This document shows, in pieces, positions 10,251 to 23,367 of a stretch of 64,000 nucleotides of DNA. This DNA is from Malacoraja senta (lineage: Eukaryota). The notes under the pieces were generated by a model, which worked only from the letters and a program-made list of their open reading frames with translations, did not search any database and was not told the origin of the DNA. Made by a program: the position numbers and the translations under genes. Position 1 is the first letter of the stretch; every line of letters begins with the position of its first letter. Location of the stretch: assembly GCA_038087875.1 (NCBI GenBank), contig CM075977.1:353586001-353650000 (forward strand). The letters are read 5' to 3'.

Positions 10251-11464
10251 TCTATATTACTAAAAGTAAGATCTTGACCGCTTTTGGCTCGCTGTGCTGT
10301 GATTTCCGAGAGATCGCCGCCACCTACGGCCGTCATTTTTGGCCACCTCGCTCAGAGCCCCCCTCCGCCTGCCTGGACTGGAGGATTTTTCCATCGATAA
10401 AAAATCAGAGATATATTAATGTTTTAAAAAATGTTGCCATTCTCTCTGCTGCCCCTGCTGGTGGGAGGGGGGAGGGACTATAAAACCCGGAAGTGGTGTG
10501 CCTCACTCAGTGTTTGCAAGATGGAGGAAGTGAGAGGTTCATGTCTCTCTGAGCTCTGAATAACACTGAACACATGTTTACTCAACTGTGAGTGCCCTTA
10601 ATGTGGTTTGAAAATGAAAATATGGTTGGTTTGAAGTAAAAAGGCAGTGCAAATGGTTGTTTGGGGGGTTTTTGGGTTGAAGTAAAAAGGCACTGCAAAT
10701 TGTTGTTTGGGTTTTTTTTGGGTTGAAATAAAAAGGCATTGCAAATGGTTGTTTGGGGGAGGTTTGGGTTGAAGTAAAAAGGCACTGCAAATGGTTGTTT
10801 GGTTTTTTTTTGTTGAAATAAAAAGGCATTGCAAATGGTTGTTTGGGGGGGTTTTGGGTTGAAGTAAAAAGGCAGTGCAAATGGATGTTTGGGGGGGTCT
10901 TGGGTTGAAGTAAAAAGGCAGTGCAAATGGTTGTTTGGGGGGGGGGTTGGGTTGAAGTAAAAAGGCAGTGCAAATGGTTGTTTGGGGGGGTTTTGGGTTG
11001 AAGTAAAAAGGCAGTGCAAATGGTTGTTTGGCTAAACTTGACAACTTCCTGTTTGCACTACATTGATTTTAGATGATGCTGAATTTGGTGGCCTTGCACC
11101 CTGCTTGAAATGGTAGGAAAATGGATTTGAATTTGGTGGCCTAGCACTCTGCTTGAAATGGAATTTCAAGGAATAGCCGTGAGTCAACTGCCAGCCCACC
11201 AGCCATGAGTGAGCTGCCAGCACATCAGGCTTGAGGGACTGAGCTGCCACACCAAGAATCCATTTGGCCCACAATGTCCATACTAGCCCTCTGGAAACCA
11301 GTAGTCCCTGCAGCCAACAACACCCATACCAGCACTCCAGAAAGCCCACCCCCCCCACCCCCCACTGGCCACCAATATTGGAATTGGTGGAGAGGTGGAA
11401 TATTGAGTTGGGGGACCAGCCCTCCCGCGTGAACATGGGACCCAACGGGTCCCACTTAGTATAG
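10251..11464 (+). mobile_element. Non-autonomous Helitron, copy 1
   Basis: A|TC start (TCTATATTACTAAAA); 3' hairpin GGGACCCAACGGGTCCC then TTAGTATAG|T; no TSD; splits a continuous CR1 fragment; same termini as 42291-42626. Confidence 0.85.
10620..11032. repeat. Minisatellite, ~46-bp unit x ~9, inside Helitron 1
   Basis: Unit GTTGAAGTAAAAAGGCAGTGCAAATGGTTGTTTGG(G)nTTTTGG repeated. Confidence 0.92.
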
Positions 11465-12689
11465 TATCAGGATTAAATTCTATTTGCCATTCCTGGGCCA
11501 GTTTAACCATTGATCATTATCATTCTGTAGCTTAAGGCTGTCGTCCTTGTTACCAGCAACACCATTAGTTAGGGTAAAAAAAAGTCAAGTTCTCTTTCTC
11601 AAATACCCTGAGCATCCCATTCAATACATGGGAAAGGAAAACGAGTTAAAGACATATGCAAAAAGATGAATGTGTGCACAGAGTAAATGCTGACACGGGC
11701 CGATGAGCTTAATGGTCTGATTCCATACTACATGTATTTCCTATGTTTAGTCGAATGCTATGAGACTTAGAGATCAAAATATCAGCAATGTTTCCTGAAT
11801 CCAAAATGTATTTCTGTCATCAGGAAAATAATTGAACTGTCAATCCAATCTTAAGTAAAATAGGAATTGAAATCTAGAAAATGATCACTGGTAATATATA
11901 GAAACAAGGCACTGCAAATGCTGGTTTATATAAGAAGACAGAGTGCTGGAGTAGTTCAGCAGGACAGGTAGCATCTCAGGAGAAGATGAATATCCATGTT
12001 CTCCAGAGACGCTGCCTGATCTGCTGAGTTACTGCAGGACTTTGTGTTATTGTTCTATTTTGTTATTCCTGGCAAAGAGCGCCATCTGCTGACTACACAA
12101 AGTCCCCTAAAAATGTGTGTTTTGAATTGTTATTATTATCGGACTGAAAGACGACAACTTCCATGATCATGGGACAGAATGACTTTAACAGAGGCACAAA
12201 GTGCTGGTGTAACTCTGGGTCATGCAACATCTCTGGAGAACATGGATAGGTGATGTTCCGGGCCGGGACCTTTCTTCAGACATTGCAGAGAGGGAAAAGA
12301 AGCTGGAAGAGTGGAGGGGCAGGACAAAGCTCGGCAGGTAATAGGGTAATACGGTTGAAAACCCCACTTGCCTGTGTTACCTGCCATGCATCCACTTTTC
12401 TTTTCAACATTGGTTCAATGGTAGTTTATTGTCACATGTACCTCGGTACAATGACATTCCTGTTTTGCATAGGAGCAAATGAGAGAGGCACGTATAAGAC
12501 ACAAAATGCTGGAGTAACTCAGCGGGTCAGGCAGGTCAGGCAGTATATCCGGAGAACATGGTTAGGTGATATTTCAGATCGGTACCCTTTGATCCTGCTC
12601 GATCTGCTGGGTATTTCCAGCATTCAATTGGACAGTGTTGAGGAGAATAATCTGCTGGTTCAATATCTGTGGCCAAGTAAGGTTCGAAA

Positions 12690-12749
12690 TGGAGTGAAGT
12701 GACCTTGTGACGGGTGAACTGGAGTGAAGTGACCTTGTGACGGGCGAGC
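12690..12749. repeat. 30-bp tandem duplication
   Basis: TGGAGTGAAGTGACCTTGTGACGGG present twice head-to-tail. Confidence 0.9.
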
Positions 12750-13238
12750 TGCCTCTGGAGGTCTTAGCATATTGTCAAGATTATTGCGATCAGATCTGTG
12801 GTCCGATTTAGGTCAGACTTTGTTCTCCTCAGTTGGGATGGGCGCTGAATGATTATGTACACAAGAAGGATCTATTGCCATCCTTCTCTTTTGTCAGATC
12901 GGAAATTATTTATTTTTGTCTGGCAGATATAAAGCAGAAATGTTGGCAGCAATTCATCTTGGGTGTTTCTTCGCAGGCAAATTCCCAGCTGCTGGCAAAG
13001 TGCCCCCTGCAAAGGTAGCATTGGCAGGACTTGACAGATAAAGTGCAGCTGCTCAGATTGCATAATTATATGCCATTGCAGGTGTTTGATAATGATACAG
13101 TTTACCTTCATTCAAGCTGCTCTTTTGTTAACCTTCTCAGTTCAGTAACTCACTTTTATATAAAGTAGATCAAGTGAGAACTGCAGATCAGTTGCTTTGT
13201 AATTAAATCAAATTAGTTTGCTTGCACGCAAACAAAAA

Positions 13239-13556
13239 GGAGTGACACAGTGGTGCAGCAATAGATTTGCTGTCTCACAGCGCCAGAGACCCAGGTTTGA
13301 TCCCAACTACAGTTGCTGTCTGTACAGAGTTTGTACAGACTCCCAGTGACCGCGTGGGTTTTCTCCGGGTGCTCTGATTTCTTCCCACACGCCAAAGACA
13401 CACAGGTTGGTAGGTTGATTGGCTTCTTTAAGAAAAATTGTAAATTGTCCTTAGGATGTGGGATAGTGCTATGTACGGGGTAATCGTGGTCAGCACAGAT
13501 TCAGTGGGCCAAAGGGCCTGTTTCCACACTGTATTTCTAAAGTGTCTAAAGTCTAA
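13239..13556 (+). mobile_element. V-SINE (HE1-like)
   Basis: Same head, V-domain and tail as 6522-6846. Confidence 0.85.
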
Positions 13557-13947
13557 AAAATAAATATTGAGTGTAACCACTGAGCAGTATGTTGTAAAAT
13601 ATTTTAGGCATATCTCAGTACTTACTTTTCATAAATGAATCTTAAGCAATTTAAATGGATTTTCTCTCAGGATTTGAATTTGCAACACAGTTGGAGTAAC
13701 TTTGATACATTAAGCTCCAATGATTTTTCATTTAAGACGTTTATCTTTTTTGGATGAGGGGCATTGAGTTCTTTGCAGAAGAATGGGGAGTGTCAAGGAG
13801 GATTGAAGTGTTTATGAACTTTGAAAAAGTATTTAATTATATATCATAATAACCTTGTTAGCCAAAGTGAAGCGCTGAGATGAAAGGGATGTGTGCATTA
13901 GCAGTGTGGATATGTAAGTGCCAAAGAGAGGAAGCAGAGAGTAGTTG

Positions 13948-14471
13948 ATATTCTTGCCATAGAGGGAGTACAGAGAAGGTTCACCAGACTGATTCCTGGG
14001 ATGGCAGGACTTTCATATGAGGAAAGACTGGATAGACTCGGCTTGTACACGTTGGAATTCAGAAGACTGAGGGGGGATCTTATAGAAACTTACAAAATTC
14101 TTAAGGGGTTGGACAGGCTAGATGCAGGAAGATTGTTCCCGATGTTGGGGAAGTCCAGAACTAGGGGTCACAGTTTAAGGATAAGAGGGAAGACTTTTAG
14201 GACCGAGATGAGGAAATCATTTTTTACACAGAGAGTGGTGAATCTGTGGAATTCTCTGCCACAGAAGGTAGTTGAGGCCAGTTCATTGGCTATATTTAAG
14301 AGGGAGTTAGATGTGGCCCTTGTGGCTAAAGGGATCAGGGGGTATGGAGAGAAGGCAGGGATGGGATACTGAGTTGGATGATCAGCCATGATCATATCAA
14401 ATGGCGGTGCAGGCTCGAAGGGCCGAATGGCCTACTCCTGCACCTATTTTCTATGTTTCTATGTTTCTATG
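13948..14471 (+). mobile_element. CR1 LINE 3' fragment
   Basis: ORF 14001-14372 [24 protein letters not shown]; (TTTCTATG)n tail. Confidence 0.93.
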
Positions 14472-15589
14472 ATAATAGCTGATTGCATTGCGAATCTCTC
14501 TAGATCCCAATTTCCACCAGACACATTTGGGCCCTCTACTTTTTCCTTGAACAGAAATCAAACTATTTAACACCCATCACTATCTCCTCTGCCTCTCTAA
14601 ACCTAATTTGACACAACAAAGGTCCTCTGAATAAAAAGGTTTTGATATAGGGGCCTGTCAGGTTCTAAGACACAAAGTGCTGGAGCAACTCAGCGTGTCA
14701 GGCAGCATCCCTGGAGAAAAAGGATGGTGACGTTTTGGGTCGGGCCCTTCCAGGGTATGCTTGTTTGTTTCAGGCATGTGTAGAACATATGCGTAGGAAG
14801 GAACTACAGATGCTGGTTTAAATCAAAGGTAGATACAAAATGCTGGAGTAACTCAGCAGGTCAGGCATTACCTCCGGAGAGAAGTAATGGGTGACATTTT
14901 GGGTCGAGACCCTTCTTCAGACTATGTGTCCTCGCTAACATCCAGCCCATTTTTCCTATTCGCACCAATCTCTTATCTCACTGTACCTGGTCAAGTAGAG
15001 CTCAGCAGCAAGAGAAAGTCCAATTTTATTCTGAGCTTAGCGGTGAGTTCATTAACTTCAGATATTTATCCCACCATTACCATTTACAGCTCCTTTGGAC
15101 CCAGCATTTGTTTATTGACTTGTTCACTTTTGCCTAACAATAATACCCATTTTGTCATTTAATCAATCCTGGTTTCCACATTATCCACAGGCCTTCTCTT
15201 CTATCCTTTAACCTTCCCTCCTCTGTATCTTAAAACTTATGTCTGACTTTTTCCAGTTATGCTGAACAATCATCAAAGTTGTTTATAAATATCACAAACA
15301 ATGGTGGTCCCAGCACAGATTACTGCCAAACACCACTGATCACTGACCCCCAGCCAGAATACCACCCTTCCAATAATACTCTGTCTTCCATGAATAAGCC
15401 AGTTCCAAATCTAAACCACCAAGACACCAGCTCTTCTAGACCCGCTACCATGAGGGACTTTATCAAAAATCACATCTTCTGCCCTACCCTCATCATTCAG
15501 TTTTGTTACCTCCTCAAAAACTCAATCAAGTTAGTAAGATCTTGCCATCCTTAATTCGCTTCTTTACTGTAACATGCCAGTCTTGAACT

Positions 15590-16270
15590 TAGTTTAGTAT
15601 AATTAATTATTGTCATGTACCAATGTGCAGTGAAAAGCTTTTGTTTGCATGTTATCCAGTCAAAGAAGACTATACACGATTACAATCTAACCTTCCATGG
15701 TACACAGATAAAGGATAAAGGGTAGAACATTTAGTATAAGATAAAGTCCGATGAAAGATAGTTCTAAGGTCTCCAATGAGGTAAATGGGAGGTCAGGACT
15801 GCACTCTAGCTGATGAGAGGACCGTTCAGTTGCCTGATAGCAGCTTGAATGCGCTGTCCACGGGCGCCCTGGAGGATTTCCATGACCGTTGGGCACCACG
15901 GGGGGTGGAGTGTATCCTCAATGAGGATGGGGAAATAGTGATTTAATATTCAATATTTAAGAATATTTGCTTTATTTTGTATTATGGTGGCGGGTTTGTT
16001 TATATTTTTGTACTGTACATATCATTTTTGTAAATATTTGATTACAATTATTTTTGTTAAAAAAATAAAAAGAAAAAGATAGCAGCTTGGAAGAAACACT
16101 TCCTGAATCTGAAGGTATGCGTTTTCAAACTTCTGTACCTCTTTATGCTGGGTGAGGGGAGAAGACAGAGATTGGATTGAGACTGGCCCTTGATTGTGTT
16201 GACGGCCTTGCCGAGGCGGCATGAAGTGTAGATGGAGTCAACGGAAGGGAGATTTCTGTCGGCGCACTGT
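15590..16270 (-). mobile_element. Rex1/Babar 3' fragment(s)
   Basis: LPSVDSIYTSCRLGKAVNTIK..KRYRSLKTHTFRFRKCFF on the minus strand. Confidence 0.65.
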
Positions 16271-16556
16271 GCTATTGGCTCAGCTGGTTTCCCGTTTTCC
16301 CCCCTATATTTTTCCAATTTTATCCTCTGGGAGTGGAGGACATTCCCAGCCTGACCATTTGGACACTTTTTTCGGCACTACGTTTCACAACTCCGAAAGT
16401 GCAACACCTCACACTAGCTTGGGTTAAACTCCATCTGCCATTTCTCCACCCATTTCTGCAGCTGATCTATATCCTGCTGTGTTTTCTGACAGCCTGCCTC
16501 ATTGCTTGCAGGTCCTTCAATTTTGGTGTCATCTTCAAACTTACCAACCAATCCAT

Positions 16557-16714
16557 NNNNNNNNNNNNNNNNNNNNNNNNNNNNNNNNNNNNNNNNNNNN
16601 NNNNNNNNNNNNNNNNNNNNNNNNNNNNNNNNNNNNNNNNNNNNNNNNNNNNNNNNNNNNNNNNNNNNNNNNNNNNNNNNNNNNNNNNNNNNNNNNNNNN
16701 NNNNNNNNNNNNNN
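16557..16714. other. Assembly gap (158 N) within a CR1 fragment
   Basis: Run of N flanked by minus-strand CR1 RT sequence (QGSVLGPLLF / KFEDDTK). Confidence 0.99.
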
Positions 16715-16897
16715 CAATCTTTCCACCACATCGCACAAGAAGGACAAGACAGACACCATTGTAGCAGATGCCGAGAAGTGCGTTCAGCTCTGGCTGAACA
16801 ACTTCTAATCTTGTGTGTGGACTCGACAAGAAGAAGACAAACAGCAGAGGTCCCAGCACAGATCCCTGCAAATCTCCACTGAACACAAACCTTAACT

Positions 16898-17982
16898 CAG
16901 AGGGAGAGAGAAAACTGGGAATAATAGACCAGTTAGCCTGACATCGGTGGTGGGGCAGATGCTGGAGTCAATCATAAAAGATGAAATAGCGGCACATTTG
17001 GATAGCAGTAACGTTCAGTATTTGAGGAAGTAACTTTGAAAATGGACAAGGGAGAGGCAGTGGATGTAGTGTACCTGGACTTTCAGAAAGCATTTGATAA
17101 AGTCCCACATAGGAGATTAGTGGGCAAAATTAGGGCACATGGTATTGCGGGGAAGAGTGCTGACATGGATAGAAAATTGGTTGGAAGACAGGAATCAAAG
17201 AGTAGGGATTAACGGGTCCCTTTCAGAATGGCTGGCAGTGACTAGTGGGGTACCGCAAGGCTCAGTGCTGGGAACGCAGCCATTTACAATATATATTAAT
17301 GATTTAGATGAAGGAATTACAAGTAACACTAGCAAATTTGCAGATGACACAAAGCTGGGTGGCAGTGTGAACTATGAGGAGGATGCTATGAGAATGCAGG
17401 GTGACCTCGACAGGTTGGGTGAATGGGCAGATGCAGTTTAATGTGGATAAATGTGAGGTTATCCACTTAGGTAGCAAAAACAGGAACAAGATTATTATCT
17501 AAATGGAGTCAGTTTAGGAAAAGGGTAGGTACAATGGGATCTGGGGGTCCTTGTTCATCAGTCAATGAAAGTAAGCATGAAGGAATTTAGAAGGGTGAGA
17601 GGTGATCTTATTGAAACATATAAGATTATTAAGGGTTTGGACACACTAGAGGCAGGAAACATGTTCCCGATGTTGGGGGAGTCCAGAACCAGGGGCCGCA
17701 GTTTAAGAATAAGGTGTATGCCATTTAGAACGGAGATGACGAAACATTTTTTCACACAGAGAGTTGTGAGTCTGTGGAATTCTCTGCCTCAGAGGGCGGT
17801 GGAGGCCGGTTCTCTGGATACTTTCAAGGGAGAGCTAGATAGGGCTCTTAAAGATAGCGGAGTCAGGAGATATGGGGAGAAGGCAGGAACGGGGTACTGA
17901 TTGTGGATGATCAGCCATGATCACATTGAATGCCGGTGCTGGCTCGAAGGGCCGAATGGCCTACTCCTGCACCTATTGTCTA
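16898..17982 (+). mobile_element. CR1 LINE, decayed with internal deletions
   Basis: [31 protein letters not shown] and 3' UTR. Confidence 0.92.
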
Positions 17983-19529
17983 TAATATCTATCTTCCACT
18001 ATAACCCTCTATATTCTATGACTAAGCCAGTTCTGAATTCATATCACCGAGTCATCATTAATTTATTTTTAGATTGCTAGTAATTTCTTTATTTTTGTTT
18101 TTTGACTAATTATATAATTTACATTGAAAGCAGATCAGTCATTTCAACTTAAAAGGGTGCTCGGTTAATCCTTCCAAGTTTTATACTTATTGAAGATCTG
18201 AAAAGCCACTATTGTTATGCTATTTCTTACAATTTAACATTTAAACATAGGACTTTGTAAAGTTTATCTGATCAAACCCTGCATCAAATGAAAAACACAT
18301 CCCTGACATGTAGACTAGCACGTTATGTAAAAATAATTCTTCCCACTTCCTCCAGATGGGAGCAGAGGACAGGAATACAATGCACATTGCCAGTGCACTG
18401 TAGAAATAAGGGACTGCAAAGGCCACTTTACAAAAAATGACACAAATTGCTGGAGAAACTCAGCAGGCCAGGCAGCATCTCCAGAGAACATGGATAGGGT
18501 CGGTACCCTTCCTTAGACTGATTGTGGTGGGGTGTATGGAGGAAGAAAGCTCCAGTGTGTTTTCTAGGTTACAAAATGTTAGTTATCTGCAGATTATATT
18601 GAATGCTCTCTCACAAAGCTTCTGCTAGGGTGATCCTGTCAGTTTTGTTCTTGTTATTCTTTCAATGAGTTTATTGCAACCTTGTGGCCTGCCAGAACAG
18701 TTAATATTTGATCATTGTTCAGACCAGAAAATCAAAACTATATTTCAAACTCTGAACGGATATCAATGACCTAGTTAGGTTTTAACACCAGTCTGCCAAG
18801 TTCAGTTAGCTTGGCAGCTAACTGACATCACCTATTTATTTCCCCTCATACCCTCTTTCTTTCTTGTGCTCCTCACCCGCGGCACTACCCCAGTACATTC
18901 ACATTTATCTCACCATCTCCCACCACCCCACTGTCACCCTGCTTATCTCCCTCGTTCACACACTCATCTCCCATCCCCAACTTCCCCTTTTCACCCCTCT
19001 TTCCCCTCAGACCTCCATCGTTCCCTCAAGCTTTACATTTCACTTCTCTTCTTATCTAACACTCTTTTGTCTCCTTTTCACTTTGTGACTTACTCCACCC
19101 ATCTTCCAATGAAATCCCCCTCACCTGTATCCTTCCATCAGGATTTGATCCACTCCCACCTCTTTTTCAGTGCTTTCCCCCTACCCAAATAAGTCTGAAG
19201 GGTCCCGACCCAATACATCTGTCCATTCTCTTTCCAAATGCTGCCTGACCAACTGTTCCTCCAGCACTTTGTATTTTGTTGAAGATTCCAGGATTGTAGT
19301 TCCTTCTGTCTATTTATTTCCAATGTTAATTTTATTTAATTTCAAACCATTAAACTCACAGTGTCTGGATCATTATTCCAAACAATCGTTCCCATTTTAA
19401 AAGTCAAGTGATCAATACTAATCATTGGTATCAATGACTTACACATTTATTATTTATTTTTTGTTGCCCCATAGAAGAGTTCTGTAATTGGGTTCATCAG
19501 TGTCATGTTATTGGCTTTCGTATCTTTTA

Positions 19530-19810
19530 ATAAAAAGGACAAGGGTAAATCATCTGGGCTTTTACCTATCCAGGTCGCCGGATGGAGATGAGGGAGGAGG
19601 TATAGGGACAGATGTTATCTCTCCTGCAATTGCAGGTGAAAATACCTGGAGAGGGGGCCAGATCTACAGGTAGAAATATAAACAAGGAGAACCAAGGAGT
19701 TGCAGATGGAGCAGTCTCTGCGGAAAGTGGAAAGGAGTGGGGACATGAAGTTATGATTGGTGGTGGGATCACATTGGTAATGTTAGAGATTGATGTGTTG
19801 AATGTGGAGA
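19530..19810 (-). mobile_element. Penelope-like element fragment
   Basis: Minus-strand PGIFTCNCRRDNICPYTSSL linker, matching the other PLE copies. Confidence 0.65.
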
Positions 19811-20764
19811 TTGGATATTATTATGCCTGTACACAGTGTAAAAAGACACTGTTCATTAGATTGGTCACTTGCTAATCTCCTTTATGAGTACCAATATTGT
19901 CAGAACAGATTTGAGTTAGAGTCATTTTACTGAGAGTGGAGCAGGCTGATAGGTTATAAAACAAACTGCTATAGGAGCTCAGCGCATCAGGCACCATCTG
20001 TGAGGGCAAAGGGATAGTCAATGATTTGAGGGGTTGATGGAGGCAGCTACTCACACATTTAATAAATATCTAGACGATCAACTAAATTGTCAAGGCACAG
20101 AAGGCTATAGACCAAGAACTGACAAACTTGATGGCATGGATATGGTGGGCTATGTTGTCGCATGGAAATGATCTTCTTTGGCAATTTAAGTGACAATGTT
20201 GGAAGGAAATGTCTGAAAAAGTGCGAGCAAGGAAGGAATAGTGAAACCTAAATTCTACACTCCCTTTAACCCCACAATCATCTGACCTAGATTCATTTTC
20301 GAATGCTCAGTAGTGCGTGGCAAGAACTCATTTTCCGATTACAATCTTTGAGGTCACGCTCTTTAATCTACTACCAAAATTAACCTTGTTGGACCTCACA
20401 CCTTTTCCTATGTATGCAACCACTGTGTACCACGATCACCGACTGTTTATCTTCCCTCTTCTGAATGCTGTGTTGCCCCTCTTTGACAACCTCAACGCTA
20501 GCACAAAGACAGTAGATACAATTTGAGAATCGCATTCACGACCATAGAAACACAAGTCTGCTCCCATTATACACAAGTCTCTTTTCACTATAATGTAGCA
20601 ACGCTAGCCTTTTTCCTCCACGGTGCCTTTTCTATCATCTCCTTCTCTCACACTTTTTTGTCTTGCATCTGTCCTTTGTCTACCCATCTGCCTACCAACC
20701 CCCTCCCTCACCTGTATCCACCTATCAATTGCCAAACTTTGTCCCACCCACTTCGCTTTCAGCT

Positions 20765-21205
20765 TTCGGAGCTTCAGCAGTTACTTGTGCAGGCCGCGCC
20801 TGTTCACCTCTTCGGCCCCACGCTCGACAAACTGCTCCCTTTCAGAGCTTTAAACGGAGGTTGCTGTGCAGGTCGTGCCTGCCAGCATCTCCGAGCCCGG
20901 TTCGACAGGCTGCTCCATTTCGTAGCCTTGGAGATTACTGTGCAGGCTGTGCCTGCCAGTTACTCAGAGACCAGACCAGGCTGGGCCACCTGCTCCCTTC
21001 CAGAGCTTTAAAGGCGGTTGCTGTACAGGTCGCGCCTGTCAGCATCTCCGAGCCCGCTGCACCGTTCCTGCAACAAAAAAAACCACCTTACCCGACGGAG
21101 CATTTCCGAATGCATCCGTATCTCGCGCCATGCGATGACGTATTAATGCGCATGCGGGCTGGCGAGTTCTTCACGTAGTCTCATCATGAGACTTCGAAAT
21201 AAAAT
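20765..21205 (-). mobile_element. CpG-rich element end with ~80-bp tandem repeats; possible DIRS1-like terminus
   Basis: Four ~80-bp units TGTGCAGGTCGCGCCTG..; terminal palindrome AGTCTCATCATGAGACT in TCACGTAGTCTCATCATGAGACTTCGAAATAAAAT, which I recall as resembling DIRS-type ends (unverified). Confidence 0.4.
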
Positions 21206-22139
21206 CAATCCTGGTTTCCACATTATCCACAGGCCTTCTCTTCTATCCTTTAACCTTCCTCTGTATCTTAAAACTTATGTCTGACTTTTTCCAGTTATGC
21301 TGAACTATCACAAACAATGGTGGTCCCAGCAGATCATCCAAGATCATCTTTGGCAGTCCCAGCAGTAATCCAAGATCATCTTTAATCCATATGCAGACTT
21401 TAGCAGTACAGTAGATTGTTAATTGTCACTGCGTCCTGATTGCTACCGTAACTGAGTAGTGTAGGAAGTGGGTGTTAATATAAATGATACAGTAAGGTGG
21501 GGTTAGTGATGCTAACCTCTATATGATTGGATGTCATGCATAAACCAATCTACGGACCCCCACTGATCCCCAGCCAGAATACCACCCTTCCAATTATACG
21601 GTCTTCCATGAATAAGTCAGTTCCAAATCTAAACTCAATCACGTTAGTAAGGCATGATCTTGCCATCCTTATTCCTCTTCTTTACTGGAAAGGGTGTTTA
21701 TAATTGAGCCTTAAGTCTAAATGATTCCACATACCCATTATATTTTCTTTCATCATTGGTTTGTCCTTTCTGTGTTTGTCAGCAAAAACATTTAAAAGAT
21801 CTCTTCAATTATGCCTCATTAGTGGATGTCCTAAATCACAAAATCAAGGCTCTCTCGTCTGACCAAGTGAACATATGAAAATTAATGACATTCAAAGTTT
21901 TACTTGGCCTTTGATTGCAGGTGTTTTAACATGGTCACTGTTTCCATTGAAAGATGGATATCACATGCATCTGATCAAGTACAAATGTAAATGCAAAGGT
22001 TTACACCTTGAAAGGGTGTTATTTATTGGTGGTTTGGATGAATATGATAAAGTTGTAATGTCCTCAAGTAGTTTGCTTTCAAATGCTAATTTCTCTCCAA
22101 CTCTAGTAATTACTCTTTTTATTTGACAAAGATGTCCTG

Positions 22140-23095
22140 TCTTTAGTAAAAGCAGCTTCCCCTGTTGTCATTGATGGATCCCTCACCCACAACTCTTCTA
22201 TGTCTTGTAGTTCTGCTCTCGCTCCTCCTCTCTTCAGACAGAACACACATAGGAGTTCTCTGGGACCTTACCTTTCACCCCACCAGCCACTGCATCCAAC
22301 ATATCATTGTCTGACATTTCCACCACCTTCCAAGCGATACCACCACCAGTCACATTTTCCCATTCTCGCCCCTTTCCACTTTCTGCAGAGACCGCTCCTT
22401 CTGCAACTCCTTGGTTCACTCATCCATTCCCTCCCAAACCATCCCCTTCCCAGTTACTTTACCCTGCAACTGCAGGAGATGCAACACCTGTCCCCTATAC
22501 CTCCTCCCTCACATCCATCCAGCAACCCCACCAGGGCTTCCAGGTAAGCAGAGGTACACGTGCATCTCCTCTATTACCATCTTCTGCATCCGGTGCTCCC
22601 AATGTGGCTTCCCTTACGCCAGCGAGACCAAGCAAAGACTAGGCAACTATTTTGCAAAACACGTGCTCAGTGCACCCAAGCCTGCTAGATCTCCTGGTTG
22701 ACAAATATTCTAGTTCCCTTCCCATTCCCATAATGACCCTTCTGTCCTAGGCCTCCGCCATTGCCACAGTGAGGCCACACATAACTGGCGGAACAGTACC
22801 TCATTTTCCAATTGGGTAGCATACAACCCAACTGTATGAACGTTGAATTCTCCTATTTTAGACAACAAATCTACAAACTTTTTGTCTTTTCATCTCTGGT
22901 CTTTGTCCAACCATCTGCCAATCTAATCCACTCACTCCCCTCACCTGTATCCAGCTGTCACTTGCTAGATTTTGCCAACCCCCCATCTCTCTTACCTCCC
23001 CACCCCACTACAATCAGTCTAAAGGGTCCAAACTGCTGAGTTACTCCAGCACTTAATGTCTTTTGTTTGTAAACCAGCATCTGCAGTTCCTTGAG
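22140..23095 (+). mobile_element. Penelope-like element 3' part (GIY-YIG endonuclease), decayed
   Basis: PCNCRRCNTCP..YTCISSITIFCIRCSQCGFPYASETKQRLGNYFAKH. Confidence 0.85.
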
Positions 23096-23367
23096 TTGAC
23101 ATAAGGAAAGAGAAAGTAGAATACAAGAGGAGGCCGAAAAGAAACACACAAAATCGTTAAAATTCTTAAAGATATGCAAAACAGAAAAGTTAACTGGAGA
23201 TAATTTTTTTATCTAGAGAGTTAACAGAGTCAGGAGAACTTATTTTTGGAAATTCTTCCATTCAGCTAAATAAGCTACCAGTGCACACATTTTGTGGGTT
23301 GTGGGAAGAAAACAATGTGGCTGGAGGAAACCTTCCAGTCACATGGTAAACATGAGAAAATATGGGT

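Noticed and set aside
10578-11044. Three overlapping repetitive ORFs, or a CRISPR-like array
   Set aside because: Products of a tandem minisatellite; no unique spacers or cas genes, and the context is eukaryotic.
12830-13160. Possible exon or conserved element of a neighbouring gene
   Set aside because: Unique-looking sequence, but no recognisable peptide or splice pair; needs a comparative alignment.
16333-16886. ORFs spanning the N run
   Set aside because: Artefacts of the assembly gap.
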